64,000 bases of DNA from Nitrospirales bacterium (GTDB lineage Bacteria > Nitrospirota > Nitrospiria > Nitrospirales > UBA8639). This document shows positions 39,687-49,888 of this stretch, piece by piece. Each line of letters starts with the position of its first letter. The stretch's first letter is position 1. Where the stretch lies: NCBI GenBank assembly GCA_965223295.1, contig CBDCWC010000002.1:1376001-1440000 (forward strand), written 5' to 3'. The translations under genes were made by a program, and so were the position numbers. The notes below the pieces were generated by a model. It was given only the letters and a program-made list of their open reading frames with translations, was not told the origin of the DNA and did no database searches.

Positions 39687-40673
39687 ATGCCAAATAATTC
39701 GATAGCAACCACAGACGACAAGAAAATCCGCTGCGGATGGGTTGGGAATAAGCCACATTTTATCCCGTACCACGATAAAGAATGGGGGATACCTGTTCAT
39801 GATGACCACCGCCATTTTGAAATGCTCATTTTGGAAGGCGCACAGGCTGGCCTCTCCTGGTCCACCATCTTGCTTCGCAGAGAAGGCTATCGCAAAGCCT
39901 TTGCGAAATTTGATCCCGTCAAGGTCGCTCGCTTTGATGCTCGCAAACAAGCTGCTCTTCTTCAAGACAGCAGCATTATTCGCAATCGTCTCAAAATTCA
40001 ATCAGCCATTACCAACGCACAGGCTTTTCTCAAGGTGCAAGAAGAATTTGGATCTTTTGACGCTTATATTTGGCAGTTTGTAGGTGGAACACCAAAAATC
40101 AACTATTGGAAAAACCTGTCTCAAGTCCCGACGACGACGGGAGAAAGTGATGCCCTCTCTCGAGACCTCAAAAAACGTGGCTTTCGTTTTGTGGGCAGCA
40201 CGGTTATCTATGCCCATATGCAAGCTGCCGGGCTCGTCAATGATCACACCACTGATTGCTTTCGACATCCCAACAATTCCACATCACCACGAACCGCCAG
40301 GAGAAAAACAACAAAAATCCGGAGCATCCATCTTCAGCGGGTCTATGATCCCCCATCCAGAAAAGATGGTTATCGGATTCTTGTTGATCGGCTTTGGCCA
40401 CGAGGCATTTCAAAGGAAACGGCTCGCATCGATCTTTGGTTGCGGGAAGTAGCACCATCAACAAAATTACGTCAATGGTTTAATCATGATGCTAGTCGAT
40501 GGAAAGAATTTCAGCAACGTTATGCTACAGAACTTGAACAACACCCAGAGGCTATCAAAAAACTCAGAAGCCTTGGCCGAACACATCGTCTGACGCTTCT
40601 TTACGGCTCCAAGAACCAAGAGATGAACAATGCGGTAGCCTTACGAACGTACTTGCAACGAACCACCACATGA
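39687..40673 (+). CDS. tag: DNA-3-methyladenine glycosylase I fused to a DUF488 (YeaO-like) domain
   Basis: RCGW, YHDKEWG, LEGAQAGLSW, IIRNRLKI, GLVNDHTTDC; then RVYD..DGYRILVDRLWPRG..VAPSTKLRQWF..LTLLYG..NNAVAL. Confidence 0.85.
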   Translation: MPNNSIATTDDKKIRCGWVGNKPHFIPYHDKEWGIPVHDDHRHFEMLILEGAQAGLSWSTILLRREGYRKAFAKFDPVKVARFDARKQAALLQDSSIIRNRLKIQSAITNAQAFLKVQEEFGSFDAYIWQFVGGTPKINYWKNLSQVPTTTGESDALSRDLKKRGFRFVGSTVIYAHMQAAGLVNDHTTDCFRHPNNSTSPRTARRKTTKIRSIHLQRVYDPPSRKDGYRILVDRLWPRGISKETARIDLWLREVAPSTKLRQWFNHDASRWKEFQQRYATELEQHPEAIKKLRSLGRTHRLTLLYGSKNQEMNNAVALRTYLQRTTT

Positions 40674-40677
40674 ATCA

Positions 40678-41100
40678 ATGAAACCAGTGATTCAGGAAGA
40701 CAAAACCGGATGCGGATTAGCCAGCGTCGCGACCATAGCAGGCGTCACCTATACACAGATCAAAAAGATCGCCCGCCAAGAAGGAATCGAGGTATATGAC
40801 TCACAACTCTGGTCAGAGATAACATACGTTCGTCGACTCCTGACACACTACGGCATCAAAACTTCTCGGAATCAATCACCCTTTATCTCATGGGAGAAAC
40901 TGCCTCCACTGGCCCTACTGGCTATCAAATGGCATCAAGAACAAGGGAAACCATGCTGGCATTGGACAGTATTCCATCGAAGTTCAAACGGCCCAGTCGT
41001 CTTGGATCCAAAGCGAGAACTCCGCACGAATACACGCACAGATTTTGGCCGAATGAAACCCAAATGGTTTCTCAAAGTCATATCAGCAAGCCACGATTGA
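40678..41100 (+). CDS. Stand-alone peptidase C39-like (papain-fold) protein
   Basis: QEDKTGCGLASVA (catalytic Cys), HWTV (His), VLDP (Asp). Confidence 0.6.
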   Translation: MKPVIQEDKTGCGLASVATIAGVTYTQIKKIARQEGIEVYDSQLWSEITYVRRLLTHYGIKTSRNQSPFISWEKLPPLALLAIKWHQEQGKPCWHWTVFHRSSNGPVVLDPKRELRTNTRTDFGRMKPKWFLKVISASHD

Positions 41101-41107
41101 CGAAAAC

Positions 41108-41833
41108 ATGAATGCGTTGATGAGCATTGGCGGGATCACCTTTAGCATAGTCTTCCTTACTCAAAATATTTCACAGCACCCCAACCCCACAGTTACTGCG
41201 TGGAGTCAAGAATCGGGCGCAACAAGCTCCCCGGTTACCAACGAGTCGGTGGAAAAGGGACTTCGCAAGAATCGTGAAACACTACGGGCACTACCAGAAT
41301 TCCAGACAAACGATGCACACACTCACCTTAGACTGGGAGAAATACTGAGCCAACAAGGAGACCCTAATGGAGCCATTGAAGAATATAAAACTGTCATCAC
41401 ACTAGACCCCGCATTCGCAGAAGCCTATCGCGAACTCGGAGCTGTCTACATCGACAAGCATGACTGGAGGAAGGCCGAGCAAGCCTTACGAAGAAGTGTA
41501 GAACTCAATCACCAAGATCACCAGGCCTTGTATTGGCTAGGACGCTCACTGATCGCACAAGACGACTTTGAGCAGGCTCGACAAGCGCTCAAAAATGCTG
41601 TTCAACTAGACCCAACGCAAACAGAAGCCTATTCAGATCTTGCCCTGGCATTTATGGCGGAAGGATACAGCCAAAAGGCGCAAATGGCTTTAGAGGAGGC
41701 CATTAGCAAACAACCGGATTTTGCAGAAGCTCATGATCGACTTGAACGAGTTCACGCCGCCGCCGATGATGATGCGGAACGACTGATTCAATCAGCCCGA
41801 CAAATTCTTGAAACCTTGTTTCGCCGGGAATAA
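41108..41833 (+). CDS. Tetratricopeptide-repeat protein
   Basis: Repeated TPR consensus (AEAYRELG, ALYWLG, TEAYSDLA, AEAH). Confidence 0.85.
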   Translation: MNALMSIGGITFSIVFLTQNISQHPNPTVTAWSQESGATSSPVTNESVEKGLRKNRETLRALPEFQTNDAHTHLRLGEILSQQGDPNGAIEEYKTVITLDPAFAEAYRELGAVYIDKHDWRKAEQALRRSVELNHQDHQALYWLGRSLIAQDDFEQARQALKNAVQLDPTQTEAYSDLALAFMAEGYSQKAQMALEEAISKQPDFAEAHDRLERVHAAADDDAERLIQSARQILETLFRRE

Positions 41834-41950
41834 AATCCTTCAACTTCGCAAAGAACTCGGCATGAAGGCTTTCTATTAAAAGGAGGAAAGCATACTCCGG
41901 ATTGTTTAACTCGATACGGTCAAACAAATACAACTGAAGATTCTTACACT

Positions 41951-42142
41951 GGGAGTGTTGAATAATGAAGATATCAAAAGCCATACCTCGCCATTGAGCT
42001 GTTGGCGTTCAACAACGTCGGGGCTGTTCAAAAAAGTCCGTCCAGCAAGGCCACAGCCATTTTTTCGCGCGGAGCGTACTGGTACTACGCGAGCACGGAA
42101 AAATGGCGAGAACGCCGCTGGCGGTTTTTTTTCAACAGACCC
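41951..42142 (+). mobile_element. MITE family 1, copy D (192 bp)
   Basis: Ends GGGAGTGTTGAATAA / TTTTTCAACAGACCC; 5-bp TSD ACACT at 41946-41950 and 42143-42147, the latter overlapping the rtcB stop codon. Confidence 0.85.
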
Positions 42143-42145
42143 ACA

Positions 42146-43375
42146 CTACCCCTTAACACACACCACTTGCCGTAACATGTGAACAATCTCCACTAGATCC
42201 TGTTGGGCTTGCATGACCGCATCGATCAACTTATAGGCTCCAGGAGTTTCATCGAGGACATCTTTATCTTTTCGGCATTCCACTCCCTGCGTGGCCTGTT
42301 CATGGTCGGCAATCGAAAATCGGCGTTTCGCGGCTCCCCTGGACATCGCCCGACCTGCCCCATGGCTACAACTATGAAAACTCTCAGGATGACCCTTGCC
42401 TCGGACAATATACGAACGGGCACCCATGCTCCCCGGAATAATTCCCATATCACCGATTTGTGCCCGCACCGCTCCCTTACGCGTCACCCACACCTCTTGT
42501 CCATAATGTGACTCAACCGCCACATAATTATGATGGCAATTCACCACCTCGTGAGTTGTATCAAACGGCGGAACCTCGCCAGATTCACGAAGAGCTTGCA
42601 CCAAATTCTCCATCATAAGCCGACGATTCGTCATGGCAAAGTCCTGTGCCCATTGCACCGCCTCCACATAATCGTCAAACGACTCCGTGCCTTCTTTCAA
42701 ATAGGATAAATTTACATCTGGCAAATTCCGCATCCATTTCCGCATATCACGTTTCGCCAACTCAATAAAGTACGACCCAATGCGATTCCCCACGCCCCGC
42801 GACCCACTATGCAACATGAACCACACCGCATCCTGAGCATCCAGACAGACTTCGATAAAATGATTTCCAGTGCCTAAAGTTCCAAGATGATTCACGTCAT
42901 TTCCACGATTCAACCTGGGATGTTTTGACAGAATTAACTGATAGATAGGCTGCAATCGTCCCCATTCCTTCAGATGGTGTTGAGGGATATGCCCCCACGC
43001 CCCGCGATCATGCCTCTGCCCATTATTGGTTCTGCCATGCGGAACAGCCCGCTCGATCGTGGTTCGAATCCCACGCAACGAATCAGGCAGATGCTTCGCA
43101 TTGAGCGTGGTTTGCACAGCCATCATGCCACACCCAATATCAACCCCCACCGCTGCGGGAATAATGGCATGTTTCGTCGGAATCACGCTCCCAATCGTGG
43201 CGCCCATTCCCCAATGCACATCAGGCATAGCCGCAACCCATTTGTAGACAATCGGCAAAGAGGCAACATTGTGCAACTGTTGTTCTGCCTCCGGCTCTAA
43301 GGGCACCCCCTTTACCCAGGCCTTAATCGGCACACCCTGCTTCGGTTTAATGAGTTGATAGGACTGTTCAGCCAT
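42146..43375 (-). CDS. rtcB: RNA-splicing/repair ligase RtcB
   Basis: MPDVHWG, VGVDIGCG, GTLGTGNHF, HSGSRG, NCHHN, RKGA, IPGSMG, SCSHGAGR. Confidence 0.95.
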   Translation of the reverse strand: MAEQSYQLIKPKQGVPIKAWVKGVPLEPEAEQQLHNVASLPIVYKWVAAMPDVHWGMGATIGSVIPTKHAIIPAAVGVDIGCGMMAVQTTLNAKHLPDSLRGIRTTIERAVPHGRTNNGQRHDRGAWGHIPQHHLKEWGRLQPIYQLILSKHPRLNRGNDVNHLGTLGTGNHFIEVCLDAQDAVWFMLHSGSRGVGNRIGSYFIELAKRDMRKWMRNLPDVNLSYLKEGTESFDDYVEAVQWAQDFAMTNRRLMMENLVQALRESGEVPPFDTTHEVVNCHHNYVAVESHYGQEVWVTRKGAVRAQIGDMGIIPGSMGARSYIVRGKGHPESFHSCSHGAGRAMSRGAAKRRFSIADHEQATQGVECRKDKDVLDETPGAYKLIDAVMQAQQDLVEIVHMLRQVVCVKG

Positions 43376-43395
43376 AAGTAGATAGCCTGCTACTG

Positions 43396-44298
43396 TCAGC
43401 TAGTGGACAGACGGTCTTTGAAGGTCAATTCGGCAATGGCAGATTTATCCAGTTCTCCTTTGCCGGATTCAACAAGCCGTTGATATTGTTCCCAAGTGAT
43501 TTTCGCCAGTGGGAGAGTAAGCCCGACAGATTCTGCCAGGGCATAGGCTATTCTAGAATCTTTCGCAGCATGTGCCGCTGAGAAATAGCATTCATGATCG
43601 CGATTCTGCATATCAGCACCATCCGTTTCTAACACACGAGAAGCCGCGCCTGTTTGGCTAAACACCTCCTGTAACATTGCTAGATCTAATCCAAGTGCAG
43701 CCCCCAGCCCCAAACCTTCTGCGAGTCCAGCCGTATTGATATTCATCACCATATTCACCAGAGCCTTCACTCGCGCAGCTTGCCCGGCTTCGCCGACATA
43801 GCGAAGCTTGGCACTCAACGTTTCTAAAATCGGCCTCGCTCGTTCAAAACTCTCCTGTTTACCGCCGCACATCAAATACAATGAGCCTTCCCGTGCTTGC
43901 GGGATACTGCTGGCCATACAGGCTTCAAGGGATTGACCACCCTGCTGTTCGACTAAAGCTTCCACATCAATATGCACATCAGGCGATACCGTCGCACAGT
44001 TCACAAATAGGCGTCCTTTTGCCTGCGCCAACAAACTCTCGGAGCCATCAGCAGCAAATATGTTCCGCATCGACGCATCATCAGTCACCACCGTAAAAAT
44101 CATCGTCGCCAATTCCGCAACGCGAGCCGGCGTTTGAGCGCACTCAGCTTCGACCTCCTTGGCAAACAATTCTGCTGAATTCGTATCAACGTCATAGACA
44201 GCCGCGACAATAGCCCCAACATCTTTCAACCGGCGAGCCATATTGGCTCCCATGCGGCCCACCCCTACAAATCCAATCCGTTCCATTGGCTGTCCCAT
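43396..44298 (-). CDS. 3-hydroxyisobutyrate dehydrogenase family (beta-hydroxyacid dehydrogenase)
   Basis: IGFVGVGRMGANMA, VNCATVSP, KALVN, AAKD. Confidence 0.85.
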   Translation of the reverse strand: MGQPMERIGFVGVGRMGANMARRLKDVGAIVAAVYDVDTNSAELFAKEVEAECAQTPARVAELATMIFTVVTDDASMRNIFAADGSESLLAQAKGRLFVNCATVSPDVHIDVEALVEQQGGQSLEACMASSIPQAREGSLYLMCGGKQESFERARPILETLSAKLRYVGEAGQAARVKALVNMVMNINTAGLAEGLGLGAALGLDLAMLQEVFSQTGAASRVLETDGADMQNRDHECYFSAAHAAKDSRIAYALAESVGLTLPLAKITWEQYQRLVESGKGELDKSAIAELTFKDRLSTS

Positions 44299-44636
44299 TT
44301 CTTATCCTTTCACCTCCTCAAACCACACGAATAAAACAGGAGAACTTAACAATTCCTCCTTGAATCCACACATTACATCTACCAAACATCTACAAACCAA
44401 GTATAGATGCCTTCGAGACACTCGATGATAAGCATACTTCGCCTTCTCAATTAGAGATTTCTTGGATTATGAACATTTCCCCTTGTTCTAAAATCAACAT
44501 ACCCATCAGAATTCTCTCGTTATTCAGGAATATTCCTATTTTCCCTGTACTTTCATGTGTCGCTTGGCTATCCTTTTACATCCTCACAAAAACGCCCAGA
44601 AACATTTTTGCAACCACTTTCGCATTGTAAGGAGCA

Positions 44637-45056
44637 ATGATGACGACAACATTGATAAGAATCTTTATGGGAATGTCTTTGAGTCTCGCATTATCAACTG
44701 GGATAAGCTCAGGTGCAGAACAAGTAGAAGTCGGAAAGTTTGTGAAGGCACGTATTGAAATCGGAGAGATGATGATGAATTATTTTTCCGGCGGACGATC
44801 GTATGGCAGCGGAGGAGGGCGCCCTTCTCCAGAAGCCATGCAGGAAATGGGGAAGGACATCAACTCGAAGCTGAGCAACTTATTAGCTACGCATGATTTA
44901 ACGATCGAGGAGTATCGTGAACGAAGTCCAGAAGTCTTTGCCGATGAAGCTGCCGTGCAGACATATCTGAGTGAACATCCAGATCTCAAGGAACGATATG
45001 AAGCCCTCCCGTTAGACCGAATGGGCCGTGGCGGCAGCACCGGCAGAGGATACTGA
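44637..45056 (+). CDS. Hypothetical exported protein
   Basis: AAGGAG RBS, signal peptide, helical body with Gly-rich segments. Confidence 0.6.
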   Translation: MMTTTLIRIFMGMSLSLALSTGISSGAEQVEVGKFVKARIEIGEMMMNYFSGGRSYGSGGGRPSPEAMQEMGKDINSKLSNLLATHDLTIEEYRERSPEVFADEAAVQTYLSEHPDLKERYEALPLDRMGRGGSTGRGY

Positions 45057-45131
45057 TTTTTCTTATTGTGCCCACTACATACCTCACCTACCTTTATCAA
45101 TATCACTCACTAAACAACCGAATAGTAACAC

Positions 45132-46961
45132 ATGCCTTACCAACCCATTGAAAATTATGGCCTGATTGGGAATATGCGGACGACCGCATTGATTGGCATG
45201 AATGGGTCAATCGATTGGCTGTGTTTTCCGCATTTCGATTCGCCAAGTGTGTTTGCTTCCATTTTGGACGACAAGAAAGGCGGAACCTTTTCCATTGCCC
45301 CAACCCCCAACCACGTCAAATCCAAACAATATTATTGGCCAGACACGAATGTCTTAGTCACCCGATTTCATACGACCGACGGCGTTGGTCGCGTGATCGA
45401 TTTTATGCCAGTTGGCAAAGATGCTGCCGATTGCACGCAACATGGCATTGTGCGGCGCGTTCAAACCATTCGTGGAACGATGACGTTTAAATTGGAATGC
45501 CACCCGGCTTTCAATTATGGCCGGGATACACATACCATCGCTATCAATGCCCAAGGGGGCATCTTTGAATCCCCAAATCTGTCACTTCGATTGGGAGCAA
45601 CCATCGCCTTGCAACAAGAAGGCGACGCCCTTGTCGCTGAATTCACGCTGGAAGAGGGAGAAAGTGCGGATGTTTGCATTCAAGGGATAGAGCCTGAGGA
45701 ATCTTCCCCTGCCTTTTGCCCCGAATACTATGCCAAAGAACTCTTCACGCAAACTGTCGTGTATTGGCGATCCTGGTTAGCCAAATGTACCTACTCCGGC
45801 CGCTGGCGTGAAATGGTTCATCGCTCGGCCTTAGTTCTGAAACTCCTCACCTTTAAACCAACAGGCGCCATCGTGGCGGCACCCACCTGCAGTCTTCCGG
45901 AGGACATTGGCGGCGAACGCAATTGGGATTACCGCTATACGTGGATTCGGGATGCGGCTTTTACGCTCTATGGCCTCCTTCGTATTGGATTTACCGACGA
46001 AGCTTCGGAATTCATGAATTGGCTGGAAGCTCGTTGCCATGAACTCGCACCAGATGGTTCCCTCCAAATCATGTACGGCATTGATGGTCGACATACGCTG
46101 ACAGAAGAGACCCTTGAGCACCTGGAAGGCTATCGTGGCTCATCCCCTGTCCGTATTGGCAATGGAGCCTATGATCAATTGCAGCTGGACATTTACGGCG
46201 AGTTGCTTGATTCGGTTTATCTCTACAATAAATATGGCACACCCATATCCTATGACCTCTGGAAGCACCTGCGGCGTCTCATCAATTGGGTATGTGATAA
46301 TTGGCAACGCCCGGACGAAGGCGTCTGGGAAGTGCGCGGAGGTCAACAACATTTCGTCTACTCAAAGCTCATGTGCTGGGTTGCAGTTGACCGGGGTATC
46401 CGCTTGGCCGACAAGCGTTCCTTTCCCGCAGACCGAGACCGCTGGCTCAAAGTGCGAGATGCCATTTATGAAGAAATTATGGAAAAAGGGTGGGATGCAG
46501 ATCGGCAAGCCTTTATCCAACGATACGGAAGCGACACACTAGACGCCGCCAATCTGATGATGTCATTAGTCTTTTTTGTCTCCCCAACTGATCCGCGTAT
46601 GCTGAAGACACTAGATGCTACCATCAAAGCGCCAGAAAAGGGTGGCTTAGTGTCGAACGGACTCGTCTATCGCTACAACATCGCCGAATCCGCCGATGGC
46701 CTCAGCGGTGAGGAAGGCACCTTTAATATCTGTACGTTTTGGTTAGTGGAAGCCCTCACTCGCGCCGGCCAAACTGATCGCAGCAAGTTAGAAGCCGCCC
46801 GGCTCCTCTTTGAACAAATGTTAGGCTATGCGAATCATCTCGGCCTCTATGCAGAAGAAACCGGGCATCATGGCGAAGCTCTCGGAAATTTCCCTCAAGC
46901 CTTTACACATCTCGCGCTCATCAGCGCTGCCTTCAATCTCGACCGCGCTCTTGGAAAATAA
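45132..46961 (+). CDS. Glycoside hydrolase family 15 (trehalase/glucoamylase-like)
   Basis: [65 protein letters not shown]. Confidence 0.92.
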   Translation: MPYQPIENYGLIGNMRTTALIGMNGSIDWLCFPHFDSPSVFASILDDKKGGTFSIAPTPNHVKSKQYYWPDTNVLVTRFHTTDGVGRVIDFMPVGKDAADCTQHGIVRRVQTIRGTMTFKLECHPAFNYGRDTHTIAINAQGGIFESPNLSLRLGATIALQQEGDALVAEFTLEEGESADVCIQGIEPEESSPAFCPEYYAKELFTQTVVYWRSWLAKCTYSGRWREMVHRSALVLKLLTFKPTGAIVAAPTCSLPEDIGGERNWDYRYTWIRDAAFTLYGLLRIGFTDEASEFMNWLEARCHELAPDGSLQIMYGIDGRHTLTEETLEHLEGYRGSSPVRIGNGAYDQLQLDIYGELLDSVYLYNKYGTPISYDLWKHLRRLINWVCDNWQRPDEGVWEVRGGQQHFVYSKLMCWVAVDRGIRLADKRSFPADRDRWLKVRDAIYEEIMEKGWDADRQAFIQRYGSDTLDAANLMMSLVFFVSPTDPRMLKTLDATIKAPEKGGLVSNGLVYRYNIAESADGLSGEEGTFNICTFWLVEALTRAGQTDRSKLEAARLLFEQMLGYANHLGLYAEETGHHGEALGNFPQAFTHLALISAAFNLDRALGK

Positions 46962-47118
46962 TTCCTCCCCTTTGTAAGGGGCTTGAACCCGAAGAGGGTT
47001 CAAGCAGGTGGAGTAGAGGAACAGCTCTATCCCCCTACCATTGCCCTACCCGCTTCTAAAGCCATTTAGCGGCTGCGACTTCTACCTCCCCTAACCCCTC
47101 CATATAAAAGAGGGGAAT
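46961..47118. repeat. Inverted pair of REP-like palindromic repeats, the left one carrying a 25-nt inserted hairpin
   Basis: ATTCCTCCCCTTTGTAAGGGG...AGGTGGAGTAGA at 46961-47018 versus TCTACCTCCCCTAACCCCTCCATATAAAAGAGGGGAAT at 47081-47118; perfect hairpin GCTTGAACCC-GAAGA-GGGTTCAAGC at 46981-47005. Confidence 0.6.
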
Positions 47119-47326
47119 GCGTCAAAGACTCAGTTCCTTAAATTCCCCAGGAAAAAACCGCATACACAAAAATTTCAGGCATTTATTAGGGAAACTCGAC
47201 GTCTTCTGATTTTCATTCCGATTTGCTTTTTCTCATAACCTAACCGTAGGATTCCAATATCTATTTTCTAAACGTTCAAAAGAATTAGATTGTTCATAAT
47301 ATTCTTAAACACAGAACCACAGATCC

Positions 47327-48031
47327 ATGTTCACTTTATTCGGACTGGCTTTTGTTTTAGGGCTACGACATGCACTTGAGGCGGATCATGCCGCAGCGGT
47401 CGCGTCACTCTCCACTCAAAACCGATCCGTATTTCAGTCGATGAAGCAAGGGATAGTCTGGGGATGTGGGCATACGGTCACCCTCTTCCTGTTTGGGTCA
47501 ATCGTTCTCATTCTTGGTATCGTGATCCCTGAGCAATTCGCAGAGGCCTTGGAATGTGCCGTCGGATTTATGCTGGTAGGACTAGGGATCGATGTCTTCC
47601 GACGCATGAGAAACGAACGCATCCATTTTCATCTCCACCAACATGCAGGTGCCACGCCTCACTTTCATGCCCATACGCATGCGCCAAACATGCCCCATAC
47701 AGAAGCTGCCCATCAGCATGCTCACCCTCAGGGGTTTCCCTACCGGGCCTTCATTGTGGGCCTCATGCATGGCATGGCCGGATCGGCCGCGCTCATCCTC
47801 CTTACCCTCAACACCACCATGTCCACATCGACAGCCATCGGCTACATTCTCATTTTCGGGTTAGGCTCTATTCTTGGTATGGGAGCTCTGTCGGTCGTCA
47901 TTGCCATTCCACTCTGGTACTCCGCCCGCTCCCTCACATGGATCCATCATAGCCTTCAAGCTGCCGTCGGAGTCAGCACCATCATCCTCGGCGGATACGT
48001 CATCACCCAACATTCCAGTTGGTTCATCTAA
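47327..48031 (+). CDS. Nickel/cobalt permease (UreH/NicO-like)
   Basis: GLRHALEADH, WGCGHT, His-rich loop, GLMHGMAGSA. Confidence 0.85.
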   Translation: MFTLFGLAFVLGLRHALEADHAAAVASLSTQNRSVFQSMKQGIVWGCGHTVTLFLFGSIVLILGIVIPEQFAEALECAVGFMLVGLGIDVFRRMRNERIHFHLHQHAGATPHFHAHTHAPNMPHTEAAHQHAHPQGFPYRAFIVGLMHGMAGSAALILLTLNTTMSTSTAIGYILIFGLGSILGMGALSVVIAIPLWYSARSLTWIHHSLQAAVGVSTIILGGYVITQHSSWFI

Positions 48032-48140
48032 AACTTCACCTCGCATGTCCTTCTAAGCCAACACCTATCTTGCTACACTAAAAGAAATCGAACACTCGAA
48101 TTGCGAATTTGAATTGAGATAATGGCCCCTCTTTGTATTG

Positions 48141-49187
48141 CTACACGATACCAGGAGTTTTCTTTTGAAATACTAAGACGGCGCTTTCTAATTCTGGCGG
48201 GACCACTAAATTACTTAACTCCGTATCAATGGTATAGTCAAAATTTCCCTGCTTGGCATAATCCCCCCAGTTCCCACTAGCAAAATGATACCGGCTACCA
48301 ATCACCACATAGAGCTGTACGCTCTTCGTAGAAAAGACGCTCCGCTCGAAATGATTCGCCGGCGGCGGCCAGGAACAGATAACGACCTGAGGTTGATACT
48401 GTTGTAGGGCCTGTTTCGCCTCCACGTGCTGAACATCATCTGGATACTCAATGGCATGTTGCCAACTTTGATTATCCGTGGCCGTGACATTGACGCCTTC
48501 GTCAGCGAGAAAACGCGAAAGCGTACCATCTCCCGCCGCAATCTCGAGACAGGATTGCTGTCCAATCACACCAGCGAGTGCCATTATGAGTTCCCGAGTA
48601 TAAAAACAATAGATCCCTTTTTTTTGGACGAGGGGCATTAAAAGACGTTTTTGAGAGTTTAAGCGCCACCAAAAACGAAACCAGCGTAATGAAACGGGTT
48701 TACGAATGAGGTCCTGGTGGAAGAGCAATTTCTGCATCACAGAGCCATTCAGCCAATTGAATCGTGCAGAACCTGTCGACACCCCCGTTGCAGCTGAAAA
48801 GAGACATTTGTCGACTGCCAAAAGAGACATCCGGCTTCGAATCAAACACGGAAGGGCAGCTTGCAAAGTTTTGAGATTGTTCCTGTTTTTACGTAGTCTA
48901 TCCTCCCAGGTTTTCTCCAATGACTTCGCTTCGTTGACAAACCCCTTTAACATCTGCACCCCGCCACTTTCCAGCGACGAAACGAGCTTCTGCCCAACCT
49001 GCTCCCATTCAGTAGGATAACGCTCCATAAGCTCGTGCAAAAGCGGATTCGCATTCAGCCAAAGAAATTCTTCCTTCAACGAAGAAACATCAGAAGGATG
49101 CGGTCTTCCTACTTTTTTCACGTGCGTGTCTTTACTTGAATATGCGTAAAAAAATGCTGCTGAGCACCTGCTCTGGAAGCCAATCAA
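48141..49187 (-). CDS. Hypothetical protein with C-terminal class I SAM-binding-like motif
   Basis: LEIAAGDG..ATDN..VICSWPP; start uncertain (possibly the in-frame GTG near 49121). Confidence 0.55.
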   Translation of the reverse strand: MIGFQSRCSAAFFYAYSSKDTHVKKVGRPHPSDVSSLKEEFLWLNANPLLHELMERYPTEWEQVGQKLVSSLESGGVQMLKGFVNEAKSLEKTWEDRLRKNRNNLKTLQAALPCLIRSRMSLLAVDKCLFSAATGVSTGSARFNWLNGSVMQKLLFHQDLIRKPVSLRWFRFWWRLNSQKRLLMPLVQKKGIYCFYTRELIMALAGVIGQQSCLEIAAGDGTLSRFLADEGVNVTATDNQSWQHAIEYPDDVQHVEAKQALQQYQPQVVICSWPPPANHFERSVFSTKSVQLYVVIGSRYHFASGNWGDYAKQGNFDYTIDTELSNLVVPPELESAVLVFQKKTPGIV

Positions 49188-49348
49188 CTAGTCACATTTT
49201 ATCATTGACCTCTCTTAAGCCCAGAAGCAGATCTGAGAGTAATTCTGTTATGGTATGGATGAACTGGGCACACACCACAAGTGATGTCATGCCAGAAAAG
49301 AAAGAAGAATTTTTGGCAAGAAGCTAAGTACCTCTGTCCTGAAAACAC

Positions 49349-49391
49349 ACAGAGCTTTTCAAGATCTGGACAGAATCTCGAAAAGCTCTGT
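49349..49391 (-). terminator. Hairpin downstream of bfr, probable intrinsic terminator
   Basis: 12-bp stem ACAGAGCTTTTC / GAAAAGCTCTGT about 25 bp after the bfr stop. Confidence 0.55.
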
Positions 49392-49414
49392 TCAAAAATA
49401 TGAAGCTAAGACCG

Positions 49415-49888
49415 TTACGCTTGATGCATATGTTGGCTTAGGAAGTTTTCAACGCCTACCTGCTTAATCGTTTCAATTTGTGTTTCAATCCAATCGATAT
49501 GTTCCTCTTCGCTCGTAACAATCCCTTCCAATTTTGCTCGAGTATTGAAATCTCCGACTTTTACGCAATGCTCGATGGCGTCGGTTAAGAGTTTCACGGC
49601 ATCCTGTTCTAATTTCAGATCGGACTTAAACTGTTCCGGCACGGTTTCGCCAATCTTGAGGGTACCCAGCCGTTGCAAGTTTGGGAACCCATCTAAAAAA
49701 AGGATATGTTCAATAATTTGTTCTGCATGCTTCATTTCATCTATCGCATGCTTGCGAATTTCGTCATGCAGCAACGTATACCCCCAGTTGCCGCACATTT
49801 CTGCATGCAGAAAATATTGATTGATGGCAGTTAACTCGTTCGTCAAGACCTTATTCAGAAAATCGACGACACCCTTTTTGGCTTTCAT
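49415..49888 (-). CDS. bfr: Bacterioferritin
   Basis: LTNELTAINQYFLHA, IDEMKHA (heme-ligand Met), ILFLDG.PNLQ, EEEHIDWIE. Confidence 0.95.
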   Translation of the reverse strand: MKAKKGVVDFLNKVLTNELTAINQYFLHAEMCGNWGYTLLHDEIRKHAIDEMKHAEQIIEHILFLDGFPNLQRLGTLKIGETVPEQFKSDLKLEQDAVKLLTDAIEHCVKVGDFNTRAKLEGIVTSEEEHIDWIETQIETIKQVGVENFLSQHMHQA

